From IMG/VR virus record IMGVR_UViG_3300031521_000001: a stretch of 64,000 nt of DNA, one strand, 5' to 3'. Shown here piece after piece: positions 1 to 7,503 of this stretch (position 1 is the stretch's first letter; the number at the start of each line of letters is the position of its first letter). The translations under genes were made by a program, and so were the position numbers. The notes beneath the pieces are model-generated. The model was not told the DNA's origin. It saw only the letters and a list, made by a program, of their open reading frames with translations, and did no database searches. Source of the DNA: a virus.

Positions 1-1
1 T

Positions 2-991
2 ACAACCAATGATACTAAGCCTGCTGACACTGAAGTAAAAAAAGAAAGTAACACAGTAAGAGTACATTTGAAAAATAAAATAAATGAAGCTGATGTTGCA
101 ACAGCAGTTGACAAAGCAACAAATGCTGTAAATACAGTTAAAAACACAGTTAATCAAGCTAAGGAAGCAATCTCACCAGGCACAGAAGCAAAAGAAGCAG
201 GTACCAATGTTAAAATGTCAATCTCTGCATTAAAAGGCAAAGCAAATCTAATTCAGCAAATAATTGATGCTGATGCTGAAGTTGCAAAAAATGAAATGAA
301 TAGAGTTTTGGCTAAATATGGTGGAGCAGAAAAAAATCCAAAATTGACTACTATAATAGCAAACAAAGTTGACGAATTTAAATTGGCATTTTTAAACGCC
401 AAAATAAAAATATATGATGCTGGTGGAGACAAAACATCATCTCTTGCTGTTGCAAAAAATAGAGATGTATTATCTAAACAGTTAGATGAGAAATGGAAAA
501 ATTTATCGAAAGAGACTCCTGCTGATGCATCATCTGAGCAATCTACTGATTTTAAAATTGGTGATACCGTAAAATATCATTCAGATTCATTGAATAAAAA
601 CGTTGAAGAAAAAATAATTAAAGTAGAAGGAGATAAATTAACATTTAATGGAGCTAACGGAGAATTTACTAAAAATAAAAGTGAAGTAACTAAAAATAAT
701 ACTACAGAAACTCCTGTTGAAAAACCTGTTGAAAAACCTTCTGAAAAACCTGTTGAAAAACCTGTTGAAAAACCTTCTGAACCAATAGTATTTAAAGAAG
801 GAGATAGAATTAGTTGGACGCCAGAAGGGCAAGATAAAGAAATAATCAGAACTATAACTAAAGTAGAAGGAGATAAATTAACATTCAAAGAAGGAGATAA
901 GACAGAAGGTAAAGATATGACTAAAAAATCAAGTGATGTTAAAAAAATAGAAGCAAAAACTGCTGCCTCTCAAGTTCAGCCTGCAAAATAA
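2..991 (+). CDS. 5'-truncated hypothetical (probably virion) protein with two KOW/SH3-like repeats and a PVEK/PSEK linker
   Basis: Frame is open from base 2, so the TTG at 68 is not the true start. Duplicated F-K-x-GD...KVEGDKLTF module; 12-nt tandem repeat at about 713-781. Confidence 0.7.
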   Translation, partial: TTNDTKPADTEVKKESNTVRVHLKNKINEADVATAVDKATNAVNTVKNTVNQAKEAISPGTEAKEAGTNVKMSISALKGKANLIQQIIDADAEVAKNEMNRVLAKYGGAEKNPKLTTIIANKVDEFKLAFLNAKIKIYDAGGDKTSSLAVAKNRDVLSKQLDEKWKNLSKETPADASSEQSTDFKIGDTVKYHSDSLNKNVEEKIIKVEGDKLTFNGANGEFTKNKSEVTKNNTTETPVEKPVEKPSEKPVEKPVEKPSEPIVFKEGDRISWTPEGQDKEIIRTITKVEGDKLTFKEGDKTEGKDMTKKSSDVKKIEAKTAASQVQPAK

Positions 992-1002
992 AAAGAAATG
1001 AA

Positions 1003-1845
1003 ATGAATATAATAACATACTGTGAATATTTAACAGAAAATTCACAATCTTCTATATCTGAGTTCTTGAAATCTCAATATCATAAAATATTTCCTGAACC
1101 TACTGAGTCCCTAAATACATTATTCTCATCTTTCATTAAACGATTAGATATTGATAAAAATGTATCTGTTTTATATCAGAGTTATTTGAAAAATAGTCAA
1201 TCACTTACTCAAAATGAGATAAATAATTCTAAAACTATTATTGATGTCGATAAAATATTAACTGAGAGTATTAAATATTTTTATTTTTCTTTAATTCCAA
1301 TTGTTAATAGATTACAAACAGATGAATTTACTGTAAGTGAAATATTTAGTAGATCAAGAGACAAGAGATTGATGACATTAATGAGCTATTCAGAAGATAA
1401 ATTTTCAAATGCTGTGTCCACCTATGCTTCTGCTGTTATTGAGGAAATTAAAACTTCAGCAAATATAACAACTGGTACTACAACACCAATAGCTAATACT
1501 ACTGTTACAGAAGCTATAATATATAGAATAAATTATAAAATTGATAAAATACTAGAAGCTGATGATACTTCTACTATAACTAATTTGATAAATTATAAAA
1601 AAGCTGTTATAAATTGGATCAATATAACGTTGTATGATTTAATAAAACCTAAACTTCAATTATTAAGGCAGTTAGGCTTAAATACTAGCGATAGTGTAGA
1701 TCAATTGGCGAATCAAATGAAAGGAACTACCAATGAAAATGCAAAAAAAATGATTCTTAATAAAATTTTTAATATGAATAAAGAAGAATTACAAGCATTG
1801 ACTAATACATTAGGATTAACTAAAGAACAATTAGGAGATTTATAA
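1003..1845 (+). CDS. hypothetical protein
   Basis: 280-aa ORF; N-terminus MNIITYCEYLTE resembles the capsid-targeting-like motif. Confidence 0.75.
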   Translation: MNIITYCEYLTENSQSSISEFLKSQYHKIFPEPTESLNTLFSSFIKRLDIDKNVSVLYQSYLKNSQSLTQNEINNSKTIIDVDKILTESIKYFYFSLIPIVNRLQTDEFTVSEIFSRSRDKRLMTLMSYSEDKFSNAVSTYASAVIEEIKTSANITTGTTTPIANTTVTEAIIYRINYKIDKILEADDTSTITNLINYKKAVINWINITLYDLIKPKLQLLRQLGLNTSDSVDQLANQMKGTTNENAKKMILNKIFNMNKEELQALTNTLGLTKEQLGDL

Positions 1846-1860
1846 AAATAATAAATAAAA

Positions 1861-2238
1861 ATGGAAATACAAAAATTTGAAGCATATCAATATAGAGGCA
1901 AAAAATTAGATGTTATAAATAGAAAAGAATTTATAAATGAACTCAATGATGTTTTTACTTCTGAAATGTTTGGATATAATAATAATGGTACAACTTATCA
2001 TCCTAATACAGAAACATTAGATATTTATTTACATGATGATAAAACAGGAGAAGATAAAACAATAAGATTGGATTTATCTGACATGGGAATAGAAATAGGA
2101 CACACTGATTGGTATGATGAAGATGAACAAGAAGACGATGGAGACTTAGGTGTATTTGTACCAGAAAGAAATTTAGATTTGTCAATAACCAAAGCTTATA
2201 AGTCTCAAAAAAAGGATATGAATAAATTTAACATATAA
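1861..2238 (+). CDS. small protein, K[FY]N[IL] C-terminal family
   Basis: Starts MEIQKFE, ends NKFNI. Confidence 0.75.
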   Translation: MEIQKFEAYQYRGKKLDVINRKEFINELNDVFTSEMFGYNNNGTTYHPNTETLDIYLHDDKTGEDKTIRLDLSDMGIEIGHTDWYDEDEQEDDGDLGVFVPERNLDLSITKAYKSQKKDMNKFNI

Positions 2239-2252
2239 TATACCTGAAATAT

Positions 2253-2283
2253 TTTGATATTTAAAAAGAATTTATTATCTTTG
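2253..2283 (+). promoter_or_regulatory. Bacteroidota-type housekeeping promoter
   Basis: TTTG (2253)-N19-TATCTTTG (2276-2283) just upstream of ORF 2301. Confidence 0.65.
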
Positions 2284-2300
2284 TGATCTAATATAAAACT

Positions 2301-2642
2301 ATGAAGATAATAAATTTTTTGTTTTGTAAATCTGAACAAACTATGCATATAGTTAGTGATGATATTGATAATTGTGTTAAATATAAAGATAAATGGATTC
2401 AGCCTTATACAGAAGGAATTAAGAATAGAATAATTGATGATTCTAATAATTTAATTGACGAAGTTAATTTGAAATATAAAAAAAGAAACAAAAAAGAATT
2501 AATCAGTGAAATAACATTATGTTTAAATAGAATAGATATAAACTATGAAGAACATGGTATTAGTGATAAACAATATCAATTTGAATTTGATCATTTCATA
2601 AAATCTACAATATTAATGTATAAAAAAGAAGATAATAAATGA
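2301..2642 (+). CDS. hypothetical protein
   Basis: 113-aa ORF downstream of promoter; ATGA overlap with next gene. Confidence 0.65.
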   Translation: MKIINFLFCKSEQTMHIVSDDIDNCVKYKDKWIQPYTEGIKNRIIDDSNNLIDEVNLKYKKRNKKELISEITLCLNRIDINYEEHGISDKQYQFEFDHFIKSTILMYKKEDNK

Positions 2643-3037
2643 AAGTAAATAAAATTTATGATAATTTGATTAAGAAAATCGATTTTTCATATGAAGATAT
2701 GAATGAATTCGAAGGTTGGAAATCATTATCAAATGCTAACTATTTTATGAGAGATTTTTATAATAGCAGTGATGATAATCGTAAAAACAATAATATACAC
2801 TGTATCAAATTTGGTAGACTGAAAAATGTATTTGGAGAACCTAATTTTCAAGATAATTATAATGGCTCATTTTGGTGGATATTAGAATATAAGGGAGATA
2901 AATATTCTATAGATATTAATACACACGAAGGAAGTGGTGTTTGTAAATATATTACTGATGATATCAATGTTATGTATGATGATAAATTTAACAAAGATGC
3001 ATCAGAATTTAGCGAACAATTATTTAAACAAATATAA
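2639..3037 (+). CDS. hypothetical protein
   Basis: 132-aa ORF. Confidence 0.7.
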   Translation: MKVNKIYDNLIKKIDFSYEDMNEFEGWKSLSNANYFMRDFYNSSDDNRKNNNIHCIKFGRLKNVFGEPNFQDNYNGSFWWILEYKGDKYSIDINTHEGSGVCKYITDDINVMYDDKFNKDASEFSEQLFKQI

Positions 3038-3059
3038 ATTAAAAATAATTCAATAAATA

Positions 3060-3091
3060 TTTGGTAGTTTCAAAACTTTATATTACTTTTG
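3060..3091 (+). promoter_or_regulatory. Bacteroidota-type promoter upstream of the tRNA operon leader
   Basis: TTTG (3060)-N20-TACTTTTG (3084-3091). Confidence 0.55.
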
Positions 3092-3238
3092 TTCTATAAA
3101 TAAAAAATAAATTGATTGATATAAAAAATGTGTAGTTGAACGTTACAGGAAAGTGTATCAAGATTAAGTAAATGAGTTAATGTCTTTCTATTGCTCTAAA
3201 TAAATCTTAAAAAAAGTTCTTCATATCAATCAATTTTT

Positions 3239-3276
3239 AAAAATAGAAAAAAATGACATTTTTTATATAATATATA
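3239..3276 (+). promoter_or_regulatory. putative strong late-promoter element, copy 1
   Basis: AAAAATAGAAAAAAATGACATTTTTTA-N3-AATATATA; the 27-mer is identical at 40704 and 43123. Confidence 0.6.
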
Positions 3277-3328
3277 AGAAAGTAGAAAATAAATTAAACA
3301 AAAAATAGATTTTAATATATACAATATC

Positions 3329-3430
3329 ATGAACAACATTAGTAGAAATATCACAGCGAACACAACAGCAACTACTCCCGTAACAGGAGGCAGACCAGTG
3401 GCGTATTTGGGTGATAACAATCTAAGTTGA
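3329..3430 (+). CDS. attenuator leader peptide (33 aa) MNNISRNITANTTATTPVTGGRPVAYLGDNNLS
   Basis: Short ORF between promoter and terminator, GC-richer than its surroundings; codons 12-25 are only T/A/P/V/G/R; its 3' part can pair with the terminator 5' arm. Confidence 0.7.
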   Translation: MNNISRNITANTTATTPVTGGRPVAYLGDNNLS

Positions 3431-3458
3431 TATTTTTATAAAATATTTTAATAGTGTT

Positions 3459-3501
3459 AAAACCCAAAGATGATTATTCAACTTTGGGTTTTTCTTTTTT
3501 T
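3459..3501 (+). terminator. intrinsic terminator (attenuator) in front of tRNA array
   Basis: AAAACCCAAAG (3459-3469) / CTTTGGGTTTT (3482-3492) stem followed by a U-tract. Confidence 0.85.
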
Positions 3502-3511
3502 ATAATTAATT

Positions 3512-3590
3512 GGTCCTGTAGTGGCAGAATTTCCTAAATTCTATGTGCATAATGGAATGAAAAATGAGAGTTCGAATCTCTTCTGGATCA
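3512..3590 (+). tRNA. non-canonical tRNA-Arg(CCT)-like element lacking a D-arm, with 23-nt variable region
   Basis: Acceptor GGTCCTG/CTGGATC, anticodon arm AGAAT-TTCCTAA-ATTCT, T arm GAGAG-TTCGAAT-CTCTT. Confidence 0.6.
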
Positions 3591-3616
3591 CAAATGAGTT
3601 CTTTGAGTAAATAAAT

Positions 3617-3692
3617 ATAGTAGTATAGGAGTCAGGCTTATCTAGCTATCCTTGGACGATAGAGCACGTGAGTTCAAATCTCACCTACTATA
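3617..3692 (+). tRNA. tRNA-Pro(TGG), atypical A1-U72 and A37
   Basis: ATAGTAG/CTACTAT acceptor, CTATC-CTTGGAC-GATAG, GTGAG-TTCAAAT-CTCAC. Confidence 0.75.
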
Positions 3693-3697
3693 CAAAT

Positions 3698-3776
3698 GGT
3701 CTTGTAATGGCGGAGTTTTCTAAACTCTATGTGCATAATGGAATGAAAAATGAGGGTTCGACCCCCTCCTGGACTA
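3698..3776 (+). tRNA. non-canonical tRNA-Arg(TCT)-like element lacking a D-arm, with 23-nt variable region
   Basis: GGTCTTG/CTGGACT, GGAGT-TTTCTAA-ACTCT, GAGGG-TTCGACC-CCCTC; paralogue of 3512-3590. Confidence 0.6.
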
Positions 3777-3786
3777 CAATGAATAT

Positions 3787-3847
3787 CAGGTGTATGTGGT
3801 AGTGTCTCGGGATCCGACACAAGAAAGTTCGACTCTTTCTCACCTGA
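3787..3847 (+). tRNA. miniature tRNA-Pro(CGG)-like element (61 nt, no D-arm, 9-nt anticodon loop)
   Basis: CAGGTG/CACCTG-A acceptor, GTGTC-TCGGGATCC-GACAC, GAAAG-TTCGACT-CTTTC. Confidence 0.45.
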
Positions 3848-3855
3848 CAATAAAT

Positions 3856-3931
3856 AGAGTAGTAGACCAATTGGCAGGTCGCTTCATTTGGGATGAAGAC
3901 ATTACTGCGGGTTCGATGCCCGTCTACTCTA
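3856..3931 (+). tRNA. tRNA-Pro(TGG), atypical A1-U72
   Basis: AGAGTAG/CTACTCT, D stem GACC/GGTC, CTTCA-TTTGGGA-TGAAG, GCGGG-TTCGATG-CCCGT. Confidence 0.8.
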
Positions 3932-3982
3932 CTGATTATCAAGTAGTTATACTTGTGTTCTTTGAAATGATGATACAAAAAT

Positions 3983-4057
3983 GGGGGCGCATGTACCATG
4001 GCTCGGCGATGAACACTTGCAATGTTCGTGTGGTGGATTCAATTTCCATCGTCTCCA
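3983..4057 (+). tRNA. tRNA-Ala(TGC)
   Basis: GGGGGCG/CGTCTCC with G3-U70, GAACA-CTTGCAA-TGTTC; D region irregular. Confidence 0.75.
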
Positions 4058-4129
4058 CAATTTTTAACGTTCAGTTCAAAATGACTTTTTTCCACTTTTT
4101 TATTTTTATATATAAAAATAAAAATAATT

Positions 4130-5032
4130 ATGAAGTGTAAAAATTGTGGCAATGAAATAGCTGAAAATAGAACATATTGTTCTTTGAGTTGTAGAAATAT
4201 TTATGTTAATAAAAATTTAAGAGATTATACAAAAGTAAAAGATACTGCTGATAAAAAAAGAAAAATTAAAGAAGATTTATATTATGTTAATCCTAAACAT
4301 TGTAGACAATGTGACAATGTTATAAGTTTTGAAAATAAGAGATTAGACTTCTGCAACCATAGTTGTTCTGCTTCTTATACAAATAAGGGAAACAAAGGAA
4401 GAAAACATAATTTGAGTGATGATGGTAGAAAGGCTTTAATTGAATCTGCATATAAGAATTTTAATAATCCTGATATAATAAGAAAAGATTGTTTCTTAAA
4501 AGAAAAAGAATATTATTATGAAGAACCAAAGAAGTGTTTAAATTGTGAAAAAATATTAGAATTTAAAAAAAGAAATAATATTTTTTGTAATATTAATTGC
4601 AAAAAAGAATATTATAGTAAAAATTTAGAAGATTTTAAATTATATAAATCATTAACCAAATTTAAATTTCATTTAAAATATTATAGTGATGAGTTTGATT
4701 TTATTTTGATTGAGAATAATGGTTGGTATAAAGCTAAAAATAATGGAGATAATGTTGATGGTGTTAGTAGAGATCATATGATATCTGTAAAAGATGGATT
4801 TAGAAAATTGATAAATCCTTTGTTAATTTCTCATCCATCAAATTGTGAATTGATTATTAATAGAAAAAATCAAAGCAAATCTGACAAATGTTCTTTAACA
4901 ATAGAAGAACTTTTAAATAGAGTAGAAATTTTTGAAATTAAATATGGTAAATATTATGAAAAAGATATCAAAACATATATAGATTTGAATGAGTTGAAAG
5001 ATATTTATAATGAATATAAATATTGTAATTAA
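4130..5032 (+). CDS. HNH-type homing endonuclease with repeated CxxC...FC zinc-ribbon modules, inside tRNA array
   Basis: CKNC/YCSLSC, CRQC/FCNHSC, CLNC/FCNINC; SRDH...HPSNC...N HNH-like core. Confidence 0.7.
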   Translation: MKCKNCGNEIAENRTYCSLSCRNIYVNKNLRDYTKVKDTADKKRKIKEDLYYVNPKHCRQCDNVISFENKRLDFCNHSCSASYTNKGNKGRKHNLSDDGRKALIESAYKNFNNPDIIRKDCFLKEKEYYYEEPKKCLNCEKILEFKKRNNIFCNINCKKEYYSKNLEDFKLYKSLTKFKFHLKYYSDEFDFILIENNGWYKAKNNGDNVDGVSRDHMISVKDGFRKLINPLLISHPSNCELIINRKNQSKSDKCSLTIEELLNRVEIFEIKYGKYYEKDIKTYIDLNELKDIYNEYKYCN

Positions 5033-5034
5033 AT

Positions 5035-5105
5035 GCGAATGTAGCACAATGGTAGTGCATCTGTTTACCAAGCAGAGGATGACAGTTCGATTCTGTTTAT
5101 TCGCT
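5035..5105 (+). tRNA. tRNA-Gly(ACC)
   Basis: GCGAATG/TATTCGC-U73, TCTGT-TTACCAA-GCAGA, GACAG-TTCGATT-CTGTT. Confidence 0.8.
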
Positions 5106-5116
5106 CAATAAAAAAT

Positions 5117-5201
5117 GCGATAGTCGCCTAGTGACCGATGGCGCTGGGTTGCCAATCCAGTAAGCGAAAGCACACCGTGAGTTTGAATCTCATCTATCGC
5201 T
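5117..5201 (+). tRNA. tRNA-Gly(GCC) with long variable arm
   Basis: GCGATAG/CTATCGC-U73, CTGGG-TTGCCAA-TCCAG, variable hairpin GC-GAAA-GC. Confidence 0.8.
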
Positions 5202-5222
5202 CAAATTTAAAAATTAATAAGT

Positions 5223-5674
5223 ATGAAAGAGCTAAAAGCATAACTCCTACTCAAAAGAAGAGTAGGAAATATTCAGATTCATTCAATGAATCATTTAAAT
5301 TTTATTTAGATTGTTACAGAAAAATTGGATTAGATTTTTCTGGTACATACAATCCAATTATAAAAAATGATATCAATGGTGATAGTTGCAAAGAGATTTT
5401 CAAAAAATTTGAAAATGGAGAATTCAAATTTAAAGAAATATTAACTAAACACCCAAATATAGTATTTGGTGTTATAAAAGGAAAGAAAAGTTGGGGATTA
5501 CATGTTAAAATGTGGTCAGAAGGAATTTCAGAAGGTTCATTTAGAAAAATAGAAGTCCTTGAGGAATTTTATGAAAAAAATGTCATAATACCTGATTCTT
5601 TTATGAGAGAGTTTAATGAATCAGTAATAAGACACACTAAAAAGTATCTAGATAATTATAGAATAAATAAATAA
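5223..5674 (+). CDS. hypothetical protein, start apparently frameshifted
   Basis: Track start 5138 lies inside tRNA-Gly; ATG at 5223 joins the long frame only if one A is added (MKRAKSITPTQKK...). Confidence 0.5.
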
Positions 5675-5682
5675 ATTAACAA

Positions 5683-5768
5683 GCGAGTGTCGCATAGCGG
5701 TCGATTGCACTAGCCTTCCAAGCTAGAAAGATAATATCACATCTGGGGTCCGACTCCCCATACTCGCT
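5683..5768 (+). tRNA. tRNA-Gly(TCC) with long variable arm
   Basis: GCGAGTG/TACTCGC-U73, CTAGC-CTTCCAA-GCTAG, 17-nt variable region. Confidence 0.8.
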
Positions 5769-5814
5769 CATAATCAGATAGTTATAATAATTATAACTTA
5801 GATATTTTAGATTT

Positions 5815-5885
5815 GGCCCTGTGGCGTAACGGAAGCGTATGACTATTACAAGGTTTGGGAGATGGTTCGATTCCATCTGGGGCTA
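5815..5885 (+). tRNA. tRNA-Val(TAC), weak anticodon stem
   Basis: GGCCCTG/TGGGGCT-A, loop ATTACAA, GATGG-TTCGATT-CCATC. Confidence 0.55.
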
Positions 5886-5899
5886 CTTTTTTTGAATAT

Positions 5900-5974
5900 A
5901 GGATTTTAACTCAGTTGGTTCAGAGTATTTGTTTAACAAGCAAAAAGTCATTGGTTCGATTCCAATAAGTCCTA
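5900..5974 (+). tRNA. tRNA-Val(AAC)
   Basis: AGGATTT/AAGTCCT-A, ACTC/GAGT D stem, TTTGT-TTAACAA-GCAAA, ATTGG-TTCGATT-CCAAT. Confidence 0.8.
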
Positions 5975-5981
5975 CAATAAT

Positions 5982-6053
5982 GCCGATGTAGCTCAGTGAT
6001 AGAGCGCCACCTTAGTAACGTGGATGTCGTGAGTTTAATCCTCACCCTTGGCT
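5982..6053 (+). tRNA. tRNA-Thr(AGT)
   Basis: GCCGATG/CCTTGGC, GCTC/GAGC D stem, CCAC(C)-TTAGTAA-(C)GTGG. Confidence 0.7.
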
Positions 6054-6061
6054 CAATAAAA

Positions 6062-6136
6062 CGGGATGCGATCCATAGTGAGAGGTTACTGGTATTGGAC
6101 ACCAGGTTATTGCAAGTTCGAGTCTTGTCATTCCGA
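6062..6136 (+). tRNA. tRNA-Pro(TGG)
   Basis: CGGGATG/CATTCCG-A (C1-G72, A73), CTGGT-ATTGGAC-ACCAG, GCAAG-TTCGAGT-CTTGT. Confidence 0.75.
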
Positions 6137-6146
6137 CAATAAAAAT

Positions 6147-6219
6147 GCTTTAGTAGTTCAATTGGTAGAACGTTACCCTTGTAAGGTAAATGTTGAGGGC
6201 TCAAGTCCTTTTTAAAGCT
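6147..6219 (+). tRNA. tRNA-Thr(TGT)
   Basis: GCTTTAG/TTAAAGC, GTTC/GAAC D stem, TTACC-CTTGTAA-GGTAA. Confidence 0.8.
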
Positions 6220-6227
6220 CAAATAAT

Positions 6228-6311
6228 GCACAATTCGCATAGTGGCTATTGCTCTGGCTTTGTAACCCAGCATCCGAAAGGATATCATCAGTTCGAGTCT
6301 GATATTGTGCT
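6228..6311 (+). tRNA. tRNA-Thr(TGT) with long variable arm
   Basis: GCACAAT/ATTGTGC, loop TTTGTAA, variable hairpin ATCC-GAAA-GGAT, ATCAG-TTCGAGT-CTGAT. Confidence 0.75.
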
Positions 6312-6416
6312 CAATTAAATAAACTTTTATAAAAATTATATCTATATTTATTATAAATAATTTGGTATTATGAGAATAAATAATTACTTTTATAACATAA
6401 CACAATGAAAAATTAT

Positions 6417-6488
6417 GCCTTCATAGTTAAAGGGATATAACCAAAAATTTCTAATTTTTAATTCCTGGTTCGAGTCCAGGTGAGGGTA
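6417..6488 (+). tRNA. tRNA-Arg(TCT)
   Basis: GCCTTCA/TGAGGGT-A, GTTA/TAAC D stem, AAAAA-TTTCTAA-TTTTT, CCTGG-TTCGAGT-CCAGG. Confidence 0.85.
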
Positions 6489-6489
6489 C

Positions 6490-6525
6490 AAAAAATCAAG
6501 AATCTATTTAGGTTCTTGATTTTTT
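6490..6525 (+). terminator. intrinsic terminator closing tRNA array
   Basis: AAAAATCAAGAAT...GTTCTTGATTTTT inverted repeat with U-tract. Confidence 0.65.
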
Positions 6526-6548
6526 ATATAAAAAATAATAATGTAATA

Positions 6549-7487
6549 TTGTTTAAATGTGATAAGTGTAATATAGATTTTAATAGTAAGATTGGTTTAT
6601 CAAATCATATGAGATTTCATATAAATTTTGATGATGATACTATAAACTCTATTATTGATGATTATTCTAATAATAACTTCACATATAGAGAGCTTATAGT
6701 TAAATATAAAGTTACTAATACTTCATTAGCTAAAATATTAAAAGCTGAAAATGTTAATATTACTGATAAAAAGAAAAAAAGAGGTACATGTTTTAAAAAA
6801 CATACTGAAGAGACTAAGAAAAAAATATCAAAACTTAGAACAGAATGGTTGATAAATAATCCTGATAAACATGTATGGAAGAGAAATACTAAATTTATAT
6901 CACAGCCATGCGAACACTTAAAAACTATTTTTGAAGAAAATAATATAAAATTCTTGCCTGAGTTTCCATATAATGAAGAAGAATTTGTTAAATATAGTAA
7001 TTTATTTACAAAATATAGAAACTATTCTATTGATATATCATTTCCAGAAAAAAGAATAGGTGTTGAAATTAATGGCAATCAACATTATAATTCAGATAAA
7101 ACATTAAAACCACATTATCAGGAAAAACATGACTATTTTATAAAAAATGATTGGAAAATATATGAAATATACTATTTGAAAGTTTATGATAGTGATTTTG
7201 TGTCCAATCTTATTGAAATAATAAAAAATGATAATGTTGGTGAATTTAATTATGATTTTGAATTAAGAACAAAAAATAAAACAATTTATTATTGTGATAA
7301 TTGTCATGACAATAAAGTTTATAGAAAAGGTAATATTTGTCCAGATTGTTCACATTTAAAGCAAAGAAAAGTAAAAAATAGACCAAAAAAAGAGGAACTA
7401 AAAAAATTAATTAATGAACATGGATTAGAAGGTGTTGGTAGAATATATAATGTTTCTGGTAATGCTGTTAAAAAATGGATAAAATAA
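6549..7487 (+). CDS. homing endonuclease-like protein (C2H2 finger, NUMOD3, Vsr/DUF559-like nuclease)
   Basis: CDKC...HMRFH; KHTEETKKKIS; YSIDISF...VEINGNQH. Track start 6480 overlaps a tRNA, so in-frame TTG 6549 is preferred. Confidence 0.7.
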   Translation: MFKCDKCNIDFNSKIGLSNHMRFHINFDDDTINSIIDDYSNNNFTYRELIVKYKVTNTSLAKILKAENVNITDKKKKRGTCFKKHTEETKKKISKLRTEWLINNPDKHVWKRNTKFISQPCEHLKTIFEENNIKFLPEFPYNEEEFVKYSNLFTKYRNYSIDISFPEKRIGVEINGNQHYNSDKTLKPHYQEKHDYFIKNDWKIYEIYYLKVYDSDFVSNLIEIIKNDNVGEFNYDFELRTKNKTIYYCDNCHDNKVYRKGNICPDCSHLKQRKVKNRPKKEELKKLINEHGLEGVGRIYNVSGNAVKKWIK

Positions 7488-7503
7488 TTTTATAGTAATA
7501 TTT

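Noticed and set aside
3092-3238. Possible small RNA between promoter 3060 and the 27-bp element
   Set aside because: No convincing structure, terminator or ORF seen
3226-3420. 64-aa minus-strand ORF
   Set aside because: Antisense shadow of the leader peptide and promoter region
3543-3565. Intron explanation for the 23-nt insert in the Arg-like elements
   Set aside because: Not at a canonical intron position, too short for self-splicing, and removal would not restore a D-arm
3727-4140. Track ORFs 3727-3999 (-) and 3790-4140 (+)
   Set aside because: They overlap tRNA genes; artefacts of GC-richer RNA sequence
5676-6405. Track ORFs 5676-5876 and 5920-6405 (-)
   Set aside because: Antisense to the tRNA array
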